A DNA stretch of 63,763 nucleotides, counting the filler, from an uncultured Methanospirillum sp. (GTDB lineage: Archaea > Halobacteriota > Methanomicrobia > Methanomicrobiales > Methanospirillaceae): the NCBI GenBank assembly GCA_964637135.1. It is 4 parts of 3 records of this genome, joined end to end, with 100 filler letters (N's around TTAATTAATTAA, not from the genome) between each part and the next. Parts side by side here need not be neighbours in the genome. Positions count along the whole stretch, not along the records: positions 6,845 to 37,991 come from CAZWTX010000031.1; 3 more parts are not named here. The stretch is one strand, 5' to 3'. The notes beneath the pieces were generated by a model. It was not told where the DNA came from, ran no database searches, and saw only the letters and a list, made by a program, of their open reading frames with translations. Position numbers and translations under genes: made by a program. Below, one piece after another: positions 8,845 through 19,283 of this stretch. The first letter of the stretch is position 1; each line of letters begins with the position of its first letter.

Positions 8845-10071
8845 ATGACGCAGCTCGTCGTGGACATCGGCGGAAGACCAGGGCTTGACTGCCGGGGATT
8901 TTGTGCATACTGCTACTTCAAACATGCACAGGACGTCCCGGCATTCGGCTGCCAATACTGCCTCCCGTTCACGAAAGGCTGTGATTACTGCAACCGGAGC
9001 GTAAAAGAACAGTACTCGGGATTTTTCAGCCTCCGGGAAGTCGCCGACCGGGTGCTCATGGATCTTGAGCGCCTCTCCGGCGAACTGACGAGAATTACCA
9101 TCAGTGGCGGAGGCGATCCCTCCTGCTACCCCGAATTCACCGATCTCATCGGGCTTCTTGCAAACCTCGAGGCCCCCCTCCACATCGGGTATACAAGCGG
9201 AAAGGGATTTGACGATCCGGCTGTCGCTGACTTTCTCATCGAAAACGGGATGAAGGAGATCTCATTCACCATCTTCTCTGCCGATCCGGAGCTCCGCAGG
9301 AGGTATATGCATGACCCGACTCCTGAAGCATCACTTGAGGTCATGAAGCGGCTTGCTGCTGTCATCGATGTCTATGCTGCCCTCGTCATCCTTCCGGGGA
9401 TCAACGACGGGGATCAACTCAAAAAAACCCTCGCCTGGCTTGAAGCGATCGGCGTCAGGGGGGTGATCCTGATGCGGTTCGCAAATGAACCCTGCCAGGG
9501 GCTGCTCCTTGACAATGCACCGATCATGCCGGGACAGCGGATCCATACCCCGGAGGAATTCCGGGACCTCGTAAAAACCGCCCAGGAGATGACCGGGCTG
9601 CGTATCTCGGGGACCCCCCTCTGGGATCCGGATATCGGATCGCCGTTTATCCTTGCTGCCGAACCGGACTCAGGGGATATCCTTCCCCGGATCGGGAAAC
9701 ACGCAGCCGTGATCACCGGATCGATCGCCGCCCCTTTCATCAGAGATATCCTCATCCGGCAGGGGGGAGAAGACCTCGTGGTTCCGGTCAAAAAAGAGAT
9801 CGCCGATCTCATCACCATCGACGACCTCGCCGGAATCGATCTCTCCTCGCTCCCTGAGACCGTCATCATCCCCGGCCGGGCCTTCGTCCATCTCAGGGAA
9901 GCCGAAGAGATACTCTCCCGTGACGGTACTTTCCGGACCGTGATCCGCGGTCCGGAGACGCTCACTGCCGATGGGGAGACATCCATGGGAATGAACCGTG
10001 ATGAAGTCATTGAAATGGAGCGGGAAGGATTTTCCAGCCTCATATCCCTGATCAACCGGTACGGCCGGTAG
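8845..10071 (+). CDS. mmp10: Methanogenesis marker protein 10, radical SAM methyl-coenzyme M reductase arginine methyltransferase
   Basis: N-terminal VDIGGRPGLDCRGFCAYCYF (CxxxCxxC), the extra Cys loop GCQYCLPFTKGCDYC, GGGDPSCYP and the C-terminal KEIADLIT...GPETLTADGE. Confidence 0.92.
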   Translation: MTQLVVDIGGRPGLDCRGFCAYCYFKHAQDVPAFGCQYCLPFTKGCDYCNRSVKEQYSGFFSLREVADRVLMDLERLSGELTRITISGGGDPSCYPEFTDLIGLLANLEAPLHIGYTSGKGFDDPAVADFLIENGMKEISFTIFSADPELRRRYMHDPTPEASLEVMKRLAAVIDVYAALVILPGINDGDQLKKTLAWLEAIGVRGVILMRFANEPCQGLLLDNAPIMPGQRIHTPEEFRDLVKTAQEMTGLRISGTPLWDPDIGSPFILAAEPDSGDILPRIGKHAAVITGSIAAPFIRDILIRQGGEDLVVPVKKEIADLITIDDLAGIDLSSLPETVIIPGRAFVHLREAEEILSRDGTFRTVIRGPETLTADGETSMGMNRDEVIEMEREGFSSLISLINRYGR

Positions 10072-10127
10072 CCAGCAACCTTATCACCACAGAACAGGAA
10101 TGTATAAACGCACTTTTATCGGTGCTG

Positions 10128-10255
10128 GCAGACGCAAATCCGACGCGACTACCTGTCGCGGCCGGTTCCGGCTAGGGATTGCAGAGAGTTGGCTTACGTA
10201 GCTGTACGTGGACTCTTTCCCGGGATTTTGCTCTGTACATAGGAGGTTATGAGAT
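10128..10255 (+). ncRNA. Structured ribosomal-protein leader upstream of rps15 (S15-Methanomicrobia r-leader-like)
   Basis: TATAAA at 10103-10108. Stems: GCAAATCC/GGATTGC, CGCGAC/GTCGCG, GCCG/CGGC and AGAGTT..TACGTA/TACGTG..GACTCT. SD GGAGGT precedes the ATG. Confidence 0.65.
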
Positions 10256-10714
10256 ATGGCACGAATGCATGCCAGAAGAAGAGGTATCTCCCGGTCAGTC
10301 CGTCCATACCGGACAGTGACTCCGGAATGGTCCAACCAGGACAAGGATGCCATCGTTAAGCAGATCGTCGATATGCGCAAGCAGGGAATGGCAAGTGCCG
10401 AGATCGGTCTTGTTCTCCGTGACAAGTTCGGTGTTCCGAGTATCAAACTCGTTACCGGAAAGAAGATCGACCAGATCCTCAAGGACAACGGAATGAGATC
10501 AGAGATTCCGGAGGATCTCAGGAACCTGATCCAGAAAGCCCTCGGAATGCGCAAGCACCTCTCCGAGAACAAGAAGGATCTCCACAACAAGCGCCAGCTT
10601 ACCCTGACCGAATCAAAGGTCCGCCGGCTGGTCAAATACTACGTCAAGAGCAAACGCCTCCCGACCGGCTGGGTTTACAAGCCGGAGACCGCAGAAATCC
10701 TCCTTTCCCGATAA
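10256..10714 (+). CDS. rps15: 30S ribosomal protein uS15 (S15/S13e)
   Basis: MARMHARRRG..., IG..LRD..G.P, IPEDL.NLI.KA and ESKVRRLVKYY. Confidence 0.98.
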   Translation: MARMHARRRGISRSVRPYRTVTPEWSNQDKDAIVKQIVDMRKQGMASAEIGLVLRDKFGVPSIKLVTGKKIDQILKDNGMRSEIPEDLRNLIQKALGMRKHLSENKKDLHNKRQLTLTESKVRRLVKYYVKSKRLPTGWVYKPETAEILLSR

Positions 10715-10729
10715 TCAACACCCTCAGAT

Positions 10730-11959
10730 ATGTCCCTCGAAACTGCCGCAAAGGACCTTGCAGCCGAACTGACCCGTCACGAGTTCATCGAGATCAGGTG
10801 TCACCATGACGCTGACGGCATTGCAGCAGGATCGATCATGGCAGGTGCCTTGTTCCGGGCCGGCATCCCGTTCAGGCTCCAGGTAACACACCGGTTCAGA
10901 GCGGAGGATGTTCCGACAAAAAGCCACCTCCTCCTCTGCGATCTCGGGGCTGGCCTCGCTGATCTTCCCGAAGAGACGATGGTCATTGACCACCATCTCC
11001 CGGTCTTCGAAGGTCCCTGGCACGTTAACCCCCGTCTCGCCGGTATCGACGGGGACTCTGATCTCTCGTCAGCAGGAACGGCATACATCGTTGCAAATGC
11101 AATCGGTGATAACCGTGACCTGGCAGGGCTCATTCTCCCGGGAATCATCGGAGACGGACAGCGCCTTACCGGAAAGAATCAGGAACTCTACCTTGAGGCG
11201 ATGGGCAATGGGATCATCACAAAGAGCCGGGGAGTTCGCCTTCCCGGTAGAGATCTCGGGGAACGGGTACGTCTCGCGACGATGCCATTCTTCCCGGGCT
11301 ACTCCGGGAATGAAGAGGCAGTATCCGGCCTTCTTCCGGAGATCGGGACAGAACCGGGCACTGAAGAAAAAGACCTGATCTATTCCCGGCTCATGCTCGA
11401 CGCAGCACGGACCGGAACCCCTGAGGCCATCATGAACTTCTGGGGTGACACCTACCAGCTCTCCCGCGAGATCATCGAGGATGCACATACGATGACCCTC
11501 CTCATAGATGCCTGCGGAAAAGCCGGTGATGGAAGTCTTGCGGTGGAACTGTGCATGAAATCGGGAACAGGACTTGGCCGGATGTGGGAGATTGCAACAG
11601 CTCACCGGATGGCAGTCATTGCCGAGATACGGTCGTTCCTTTCCGGAATAAAACCTGAAGAGACAGCACGGGTGTACGAAACCCAAAACCCCCGTCTTGC
11701 AAGTGACATTGCAGACACCATCTTCCGGTCACTTGAGGGAACCGGTCCGGTAATCATCTCGGCATCCGGAAATGACGGCAGTTCGCTTCTCTCGATCCGT
11801 GGGACCGCGAACGGGGAGGAAGGACTGGGCACGATCGTCAGTACCATCGCAACTGAATGCGGGGGGTACGGCGGCGGCCACGTCACCCGTGCCGGGGCAA
11901 CCATCGCAACCGAGTTCCTGCCGGTATTCATCAGCCGGCTCGTCGAGGTCTGTTCATGA
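10730..11959 (+). CDS. DHH/DHHA1 family phosphoesterase (RecJ-like) of the rps15 cluster
   Basis: Motifs HHDADG, LCDLG, IDHH and GGGH; conserved position between rps15 and pcc1. Confidence 0.88.
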   Translation: MSLETAAKDLAAELTRHEFIEIRCHHDADGIAAGSIMAGALFRAGIPFRLQVTHRFRAEDVPTKSHLLLCDLGAGLADLPEETMVIDHHLPVFEGPWHVNPRLAGIDGDSDLSSAGTAYIVANAIGDNRDLAGLILPGIIGDGQRLTGKNQELYLEAMGNGIITKSRGVRLPGRDLGERVRLATMPFFPGYSGNEEAVSGLLPEIGTEPGTEEKDLIYSRLMLDAARTGTPEAIMNFWGDTYQLSREIIEDAHTMTLLIDACGKAGDGSLAVELCMKSGTGLGRMWEIATAHRMAVIAEIRSFLSGIKPEETARVYETQNPRLASDIADTIFRSLEGTGPVIISASGNDGSSLLSIRGTANGEEGLGTIVSTIATECGGYGGGHVTRAGATIATEFLPVFISRLVEVCS

Positions 11960-12183
11960 AGATTGCAGGCACTATCACCACACGGCACACCCGTCCCGTC
12001 TGCGTTGCAGCGGCTATCCGGGCTGATAATCTCCGTGACATGGAGACAATGGCAGAAGGTGAGACGGTGGTGACAACCATCAGAGGAAGGCGGATCAGAT
12101 CGATCATCGCATCTGTGGACGATTATCTGACAAATATCGGGGTGGCTGACAAACTCTGTTCAGAACCGGGGCAGGATGAATGA
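11956..12183 (+). CDS. pcc1: KEOPS complex subunit Pcc1
   Basis: 75 aa, MKIAGTITT...AIRADNL...RSIIASVDDYLTNI; ATGA overlap with the DHH gene and typical synteny. Confidence 0.8.
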   Translation: MKIAGTITTRHTRPVCVAAAIRADNLRDMETMAEGETVVTTIRGRRIRSIIASVDDYLTNIGVADKLCSEPGQDE

Positions 12184-12351
12184 ACCTGACCAGACCGGTG
12201 AACAGGGATCGGAACGAAGGAATCCCGGATACGGGAGTTTGCACGCGATGCTGCTTTTTCTGCATCACACCGGTGCAGGAGGCAGGAAAATTACCATTCA
12301 GTCCGCAGGCCGGGCTGATCATCTGATGTCACAGACAACAGGAGTGACACT

Positions 12352-12948
12352 ATGGCAGTAAAGAAACAACCAGGAAGAAGAGTTGAAGGATGGAAAGCAA
12401 AGAGCTGGTACAAGGTATACAGCCCTGATAACGTGGGCAAGGTGTTCCTTGGTGAGACTGTGGCCAACGAACCAGACAAACTGGTCGGACGGGTCATCAC
12501 CGCACCACTCTCAGAACTGGTAAACGATTATCAGAAACAGAATGTCAAGATGAAATTCACGATCACGAGTGTCTCCGGTGACTCGGCATACACCCATTTC
12601 ATCGGGCACGAGTATGCACGTGACTACATCAGGTCACTCGTGAAACGCCGGACCTCGCGTATCGACAGCGTGATCAACTTCGTCTCCAAGGACGGCAGCA
12701 AAGTCCGTGCCACGATCACCTGTTTCACTCTCTCCCGTGCGGACCAGAGCCAGCAGCACACGATCCGCAAGATTATGACCGACGAGATCCTCAGGGTTGG
12801 TCCAGAGCAGGAGATGGGCGTCTTCGTGAACAATATCATCAACGGCGAGACGACCAAGGAGCTCTTCAAGAAGATCAAGGAGATGTACCCGATCCGCCGG
12901 ATCGAGATCATCAAGACCAAGGTCGAACTTCCGAAGACCACCGCATAA
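12352..12948 (+). CDS. rps3ae: 30S ribosomal protein eS1 (S3Ae)
   Basis: WKAKSWYKVYSP, F.GHEY.RDYIRSLVKRRTSRID and YPIRRIEIIK. Confidence 0.97.
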   Translation: MAVKKQPGRRVEGWKAKSWYKVYSPDNVGKVFLGETVANEPDKLVGRVITAPLSELVNDYQKQNVKMKFTITSVSGDSAYTHFIGHEYARDYIRSLVKRRTSRIDSVINFVSKDGSKVRATITCFTLSRADQSQQHTIRKIMTDEILRVGPEQEMGVFVNNIINGETTKELFKKIKEMYPIRRIEIIKTKVELPKTTA

Positions 12949-12961
12949 CCCCTTTTTTTAT
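12949..12961 (+). terminator. Oligo-T archaeal terminator candidate
   Basis: CCCCTTTTTTTAT directly after the rps3ae stop. Confidence 0.45.
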
Positions 12962-13001
12962 CCTGAGATCGAATATACCCGCAGAGAGAAGTGGAGCGGG
13001 T

Positions 13002-13838
13002 ATGAGTATTGCACGGTTTATCGAAGAAGAACAGGTCATCCTGGTCGAATCCCTGTTTTCAGACCTGGTATACGAAGGAACAGAAGAGCCGGTCCTTGCG
13101 ATCCCTTCTCATACGGGGAAGATACTCCTTGATACCGATGACAACCCGCTCCTTTTTGCCTTCCCCGGAGAAGACGGCACCTGGCGGGCAGCATGCACCC
13201 ATCTCCGCGATCCGGGCATAAATCTCATCGAACGGTTCGAGGAGACTGACTGCGTGATCTACCAGGAGGACCGGGCAACCTTTTCTGATGCAGTGCGGGA
13301 GTATTACTCGAAGAGACTCATGGAACAGACCAGACCGGCAATGGATGATTACAATCCTGACCGGTACGCCATTGTTGCCGGACTCGTGAGCAGGTATGCG
13401 AGTGACCTGAACGGCCAGGTCTGCCTTGACTGTTGCTGCGGATCCGGGATCGGATCGGTTGCCCTGCGTGATGCTGGCCTCCGTCCCCTCGCCTGCGATA
13501 ACGATGACTTACTTCTTGCCCTCGGTCTTGCAAAACGGCGGCTGGAGCCCGACCGGACGATGTGGATCGATGCCCGGCTGATCGCCCACTACCTTGATGA
13601 ACCGGTTCCCCTCACCTGCGGGTTTATGTTCGGAGAGATCCAGTCATTCAACGCCCCGCTCTGGAAAGAGATTGTAACTGCGGTTTGTAATATCTCCGAC
13701 CGGATTCTCCTGACGGTTGGGACCCGGGAGGAGGGTGAAATGATCCGGGACTGGGCTGCAGACACAGGAAAAGAGGTCAGCCTGACCGAACAGACGGCAG
13801 ACCCGATCTATGACCGGTGGGTGATCACCGGGCTGTGA
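13002..13838 (+). CDS. Putative SAM-dependent methyltransferase-fold protein
   Basis: Motif I-like CLDCCCGSGIGS, followed by LACDND. Confidence 0.7.
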   Translation: MSIARFIEEEQVILVESLFSDLVYEGTEEPVLAIPSHTGKILLDTDDNPLLFAFPGEDGTWRAACTHLRDPGINLIERFEETDCVIYQEDRATFSDAVREYYSKRLMEQTRPAMDDYNPDRYAIVAGLVSRYASDLNGQVCLDCCCGSGIGSVALRDAGLRPLACDNDDLLLALGLAKRRLEPDRTMWIDARLIAHYLDEPVPLTCGFMFGEIQSFNAPLWKEIVTAVCNISDRILLTVGTREEGEMIRDWAADTGKEVSLTEQTADPIYDRWVITGL

Positions 13839-13930
13839 GGGGACGCCGGTACGATGGACACTCTGATGTGATAGGAGGTCCAACGAGTACTGGAGCGACG
13901 GAACCTTCCAAATTGCGAATACGGTGAAAC

Positions 13931-15208
13931 ATGCTTGATATCAGGTTTGTCCGGGCAAATCCGGACGTGGTCAGGGCCGATCTCATCAAGAGAAAGAACC
14001 CGGAAAAATTAGGCTGGGTGGACGATCTCCTCGATAAAGACCGGAGAATCAGGGAGATCATCCAACTGAACAATGAGCTGAGACGGCGCCGGAATACCAT
14101 CTCGCAGGATATCAATAAAGCAAAAAAAGCCGGGGAGGATGCTTCTGCCCTCTTTACAGAAGCATCAGGTCTTCCCGGGAAGATCAAGGAGAACGAGACC
14201 GAGATGGATGAACTCTCCGCCAATATCCGGCATTACCTGATGCGGCTGCCGAACATCCTCCACGAGAGTGTCCCGGAAGGTCCTGATGACAGCGGAAACG
14301 TCGAAATAAAAAAGGTCGGCACCCCGAAATCATTTGATTTTGAACTGAAGAATCACGGTCAGCTCGCTGCAGACCAGGGATGGGCAGACTTCGAGCGATC
14401 AGCAAAGACATCAGGAGCAGGATTTTATTTCCTGAAAGGAAACCTCGTCCTCCTCGATCTTGCCCTCCAGCGGTTCGCGATTGATCTTCTCATGAAGAAG
14501 GGGTATACCCCGGTCATTCCGCCGTTCATGATCAACCGGAAGTCCTACGAGTCGGTAACCGATCTGGCCGATTTCGAGAACGTGATGTACAAGATTGACG
14601 GGGATGATGCATACCTTATTGCAACAAGCGAACATCCCATCGCGGCGATGTATCAGGACGAGATCTTTGAGGAGAAGGAACTCCCGATCCGTCTCGCCGG
14701 ACTCTCTCCCTGTTTCAGGAGGGAGATCGGATCACACGGGCTTGATACAAAAGGGCTTTTCCGGGTGCACCAGTTCTACAAGGTCGAGCAGTTTGTGTAC
14801 TGCATGCCGGATCAGTCCTGGCAGATCCACGAGGACTTGCTTGCCAATGCCGAAGAGGTTTTCACGAAACTCGGGCTTCCCTACCGGGTGGTAAATATCT
14901 GCACCGGCGATATCGGAACTGTCGCCGCGAAAAAATACGACATCGAGGCCTGGATGCCCCGCGAGAACGAGTATCGCGAAGTGGTCTCCTGCTCGAACTG
15001 TACCACCTACCAGGCAGTCAGGCTGAACATCAGGGCGAGGGATAAGAATGACTTCGACACCAAGCACTGGGTGCACACTCTTAATTCCACCGCCATCGCA
15101 ACATCACGGGCAATCCGTGCCATTCTCGAGAACTATCAGCAACCGGACGGTTCTGTCGAGATCCCTGAGGTTCTCAGGCCATACATGAATGACCGGGAAT
15201 TCCTCTGA
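13931..15208 (+). CDS. serS: Serine--tRNA ligase (canonical type)
   Basis: MLDIRFVR..., coiled-coil arm, LIATSEH, motif 2 FRREIG...GLFRVHQF, and EVVSCSNC...HTLN. Confidence 0.98.
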   Translation: MLDIRFVRANPDVVRADLIKRKNPEKLGWVDDLLDKDRRIREIIQLNNELRRRRNTISQDINKAKKAGEDASALFTEASGLPGKIKENETEMDELSANIRHYLMRLPNILHESVPEGPDDSGNVEIKKVGTPKSFDFELKNHGQLAADQGWADFERSAKTSGAGFYFLKGNLVLLDLALQRFAIDLLMKKGYTPVIPPFMINRKSYESVTDLADFENVMYKIDGDDAYLIATSEHPIAAMYQDEIFEEKELPIRLAGLSPCFRREIGSHGLDTKGLFRVHQFYKVEQFVYCMPDQSWQIHEDLLANAEEVFTKLGLPYRVVNICTGDIGTVAAKKYDIEAWMPRENEYREVVSCSNCTTYQAVRLNIRARDKNDFDTKHWVHTLNSTAIATSRAIRAILENYQQPDGSVEIPEVLRPYMNDREFL

Positions 15209-15299
15209 TTTTTTTATTCTGGTATTCAGCGATTCAGCCCAAAAAGGAGAAATGGAGCAGGATCTGAGGTATGGAGTGTAAAAATGGGGTGATGAGATA

Positions 15300-16834
<1,535 letters not shown>

Positions 16835-16950
16835 GTTCCTGATTCACCTGAATGATCACCATTGAGTGGGTCATCCGATCACTCCTGGCATTAACCTTTC
16901 TCAGCCAGCGGATCGGTATGATTACCTTCCGGATGTTCCGGCAGGTAGTA

Positions 16951-16981
16951 AGAAGTTACCTTCCACCATATTTATATTTAA
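16951..16981 (-). promoter_or_regulatory. amtB-glnK TATA box with an adjacent NrpR-type operator
   Basis: The minus strand reads TTAAATATAAATAT (16981-16968), then GGAA-GGTAAC-TTCT (16964-16951), one mismatch from the NrpR consensus GGAA-N6-TTCC. Confidence 0.6.
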
Positions 16982-17162
16982 CGTACCTTGAGGTTGATCA
17001 TCAATCGTAATATTACGTCAAACAGACCAATTCACAAAAAGATACATTATTATCAGGATATTCGGATCATCTCTCGTGATGACAGGGAGAAGGAGTAAAA
17101 CAAGGCTATATCTAGGAGCATGGCAGCCGATACGATCCGGCCTCCTGATCCACGCAGGGGTA

Positions 17163-19283
17163 TTACCGTCTCTTCTTTCCCCTGCCCTTCCGGGTCTTCT
17201 TCCCGGGTGGGGTTCCTTTTTCCTCGGTCCGCACGGTCACCGGCCGCCGCCTTCGTCCCCGTTCAAGGGCTGCCTCCTCATCGGTGGCACAATCAAGTTC
17301 TGCAATAATATCGAGGGGATCCTTCATATCGCGAACCAGATCAGATATACGGGAGAGCCGTTCCACCCCGATAAAGTGCTCTGCCATCACCCTGGCAAGG
17401 GGAGAGAGGAACATTTTTCCCTCTTTCCTGAAGATGAGAGACCGTTCGAGAAGAAGATCCTCCACCGGCTCCATCTCCCCGACCAGGGCTTCCTCTATCG
17501 CCATCATGCTCCTGGAATCCCCACCTGACACGATCACGTTTGCAACGAAGATCTCTGAACTCTCTTCAAGCGGATACACCGGGGCGACTTCTCCCATTTC
17601 TCCTTTCAGAAGACCCATCGCTACCTCTTCCTCAGTCAGCTTCGATCCCCGGCAGTAGGAACCGCCTGGCTCGGCAAGAATGACCACTTTTCCGAGATCG
17701 TGGTAATCAGGTCTGCCTGCACGGCCTGACATCTGGTGAAACTCCTGCACGGTCAGCCACTCAATCCCCATGGCAAGGGAGTCAAATATCACCTGGGATG
17801 CCGGAAAATCAACACCTGCAGCAAGGGCCGCGGTGGTGACCACTGCTTTCAGCTGCCCCTTTTCAAACCGGTCCTCGACACCTCTCCGCTCTTCCTGGGT
17901 CAGCCCGGCATGGTACGGGGCCACCCCTTCCCCCAGTTTATCTGCTACAACATGACAGCGGGCACGGGAGTTGGTGAAGATGATGCTCTGACCATGAAAT
18001 CCCTTCGATGAGATCGTCTTGTACTCATCATTCACGAGCGTTTTCTCGGTCGGGATCTTCTGCTGGCGTTCGAGAAAGACGAGGTACCGGTCAAGGGTGA
18101 CCGGCCGGTCATCGTACTGCACCAGCTGGCAGGAGAGTTTCTTTGCGAGGAGTCTCGGGTGGCCAATCGTTGCACTCAGGTACAGATACTGTGCCTTCGG
18201 GGAAGTATACTTCAGCCTTGCGATAAGTCCGTCCAAGCGGTGACCCCGCTCGGCATCCTCAAGCATCTGCACCTCGTCAATGACTACCGTTCCGATACCG
18301 GTCATCTTCGTCCCGATCCGCATGAGGTGATCGATCCCCTCGTACGTTGCGATCACAATGCCTGCATTCTTGTCACGATTCGCGTACCTCCGGTTCTCGC
18401 TCACCTGGATCCGGCTTTTTCCGGTGACGATCGAAACATCTGCAAGATGCCCGTATTTCTTGAGAAACCGTTCGTACTTCTGGTACGCCAGAGCAACAAG
18501 GGGGACGAGGAAGATCATCCGTCCCCGTTTTTCAAGCAGGTTTTTTACCCCCGCAAGTTCTCCGATGAAGGTTTTCCCGCTCGCGGTAGCTGATACCACG
18601 AGGAGATCCTTTCCGAAAAGGAGCCCTGCTTCGACCGCCAGCTGCTGAACCGGCATCAGCGTCTGCACCCCGCAGGTGTCCACGAACTGCCGGGGCAACG
18701 GGAGTTCATCGATGCCTGCGGTATTCACCACCGGATGGGCAACAAGCCGGTCATACAGCGTGTGACCGATGGAAAGACGGCCTGGTTCAATGGTAGCGAG
18801 AACCTTGTCGACATCCCGGTACCGTTCGAGAAGTTCGTCAAGATGACTGATTGCGGCCCTGCCAAGCCGTCCCATATGGGCCAGTTCCCGCCGCACCTCC
18901 TTTCTCGCACAGTCCATGCATATCTGTTCGCCGTCTCCGAACCTGACCTCGTTCTTCCGGTCAATCTCGGTGATGAGATCATCCATGAGGCAGAACCGGC
19001 ACAATCCGGCGAAAGAGAACGGAATCTGGAGATCGGTCAGAAAAGATTCAAATTCCCGGTCATGACTGGTCATTTTGACCTTTGATCGCCTGAGGTGGAT
19101 GACGAGATCGCGGGTCGGCATGTTCCGGTACCCGGTCGCAGACCCCTGCCTGATCCGATACCGGGTCGGCCTGACCCCCTTCGGGGTGTCAACCAGTTCC
19201 ACGATGCCGGTTATGCGGAGATTGTGGTTGTCAAAAAAGAGAATCCGGTAATATTTACGCGTCGGCTGGACAAACGCCCTCAT
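17163..19283 (-). CDS. Archaeal DEAD/DEAH-box SF2 helicase (Ski2-like) with an N-terminal Cys-containing domain
   Basis: SATASGKT, DEVQ, LSAT, YHAGL, AAGVDFP and QMSGRAGR. Confidence 0.93.
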   Translation of the reverse strand: MRAFVQPTRKYYRILFFDNHNLRITGIVELVDTPKGVRPTRYRIRQGSATGYRNMPTRDLVIHLRRSKVKMTSHDREFESFLTDLQIPFSFAGLCRFCLMDDLITEIDRKNEVRFGDGEQICMDCARKEVRRELAHMGRLGRAAISHLDELLERYRDVDKVLATIEPGRLSIGHTLYDRLVAHPVVNTAGIDELPLPRQFVDTCGVQTLMPVQQLAVEAGLLFGKDLLVVSATASGKTFIGELAGVKNLLEKRGRMIFLVPLVALAYQKYERFLKKYGHLADVSIVTGKSRIQVSENRRYANRDKNAGIVIATYEGIDHLMRIGTKMTGIGTVVIDEVQMLEDAERGHRLDGLIARLKYTSPKAQYLYLSATIGHPRLLAKKLSCQLVQYDDRPVTLDRYLVFLERQQKIPTEKTLVNDEYKTISSKGFHGQSIIFTNSRARCHVVADKLGEGVAPYHAGLTQEERRGVEDRFEKGQLKAVVTTAALAAGVDFPASQVIFDSLAMGIEWLTVQEFHQMSGRAGRPDYHDLGKVVILAEPGGSYCRGSKLTEEEVAMGLLKGEMGEVAPVYPLEESSEIFVANVIVSGGDSRSMMAIEEALVGEMEPVEDLLLERSLIFRKEGKMFLSPLARVMAEHFIGVERLSRISDLVRDMKDPLDIIAELDCATDEEAALERGRRRRPVTVRTEEKGTPPGKKTRKGRGKKRR

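Noticed and set aside
12176..12361. 61-aa ORF bridging pcc1 and rps3ae
   Set aside because: No recognisable motif; the region is better explained as structured non-coding RNA, though a leader peptide is not excluded.
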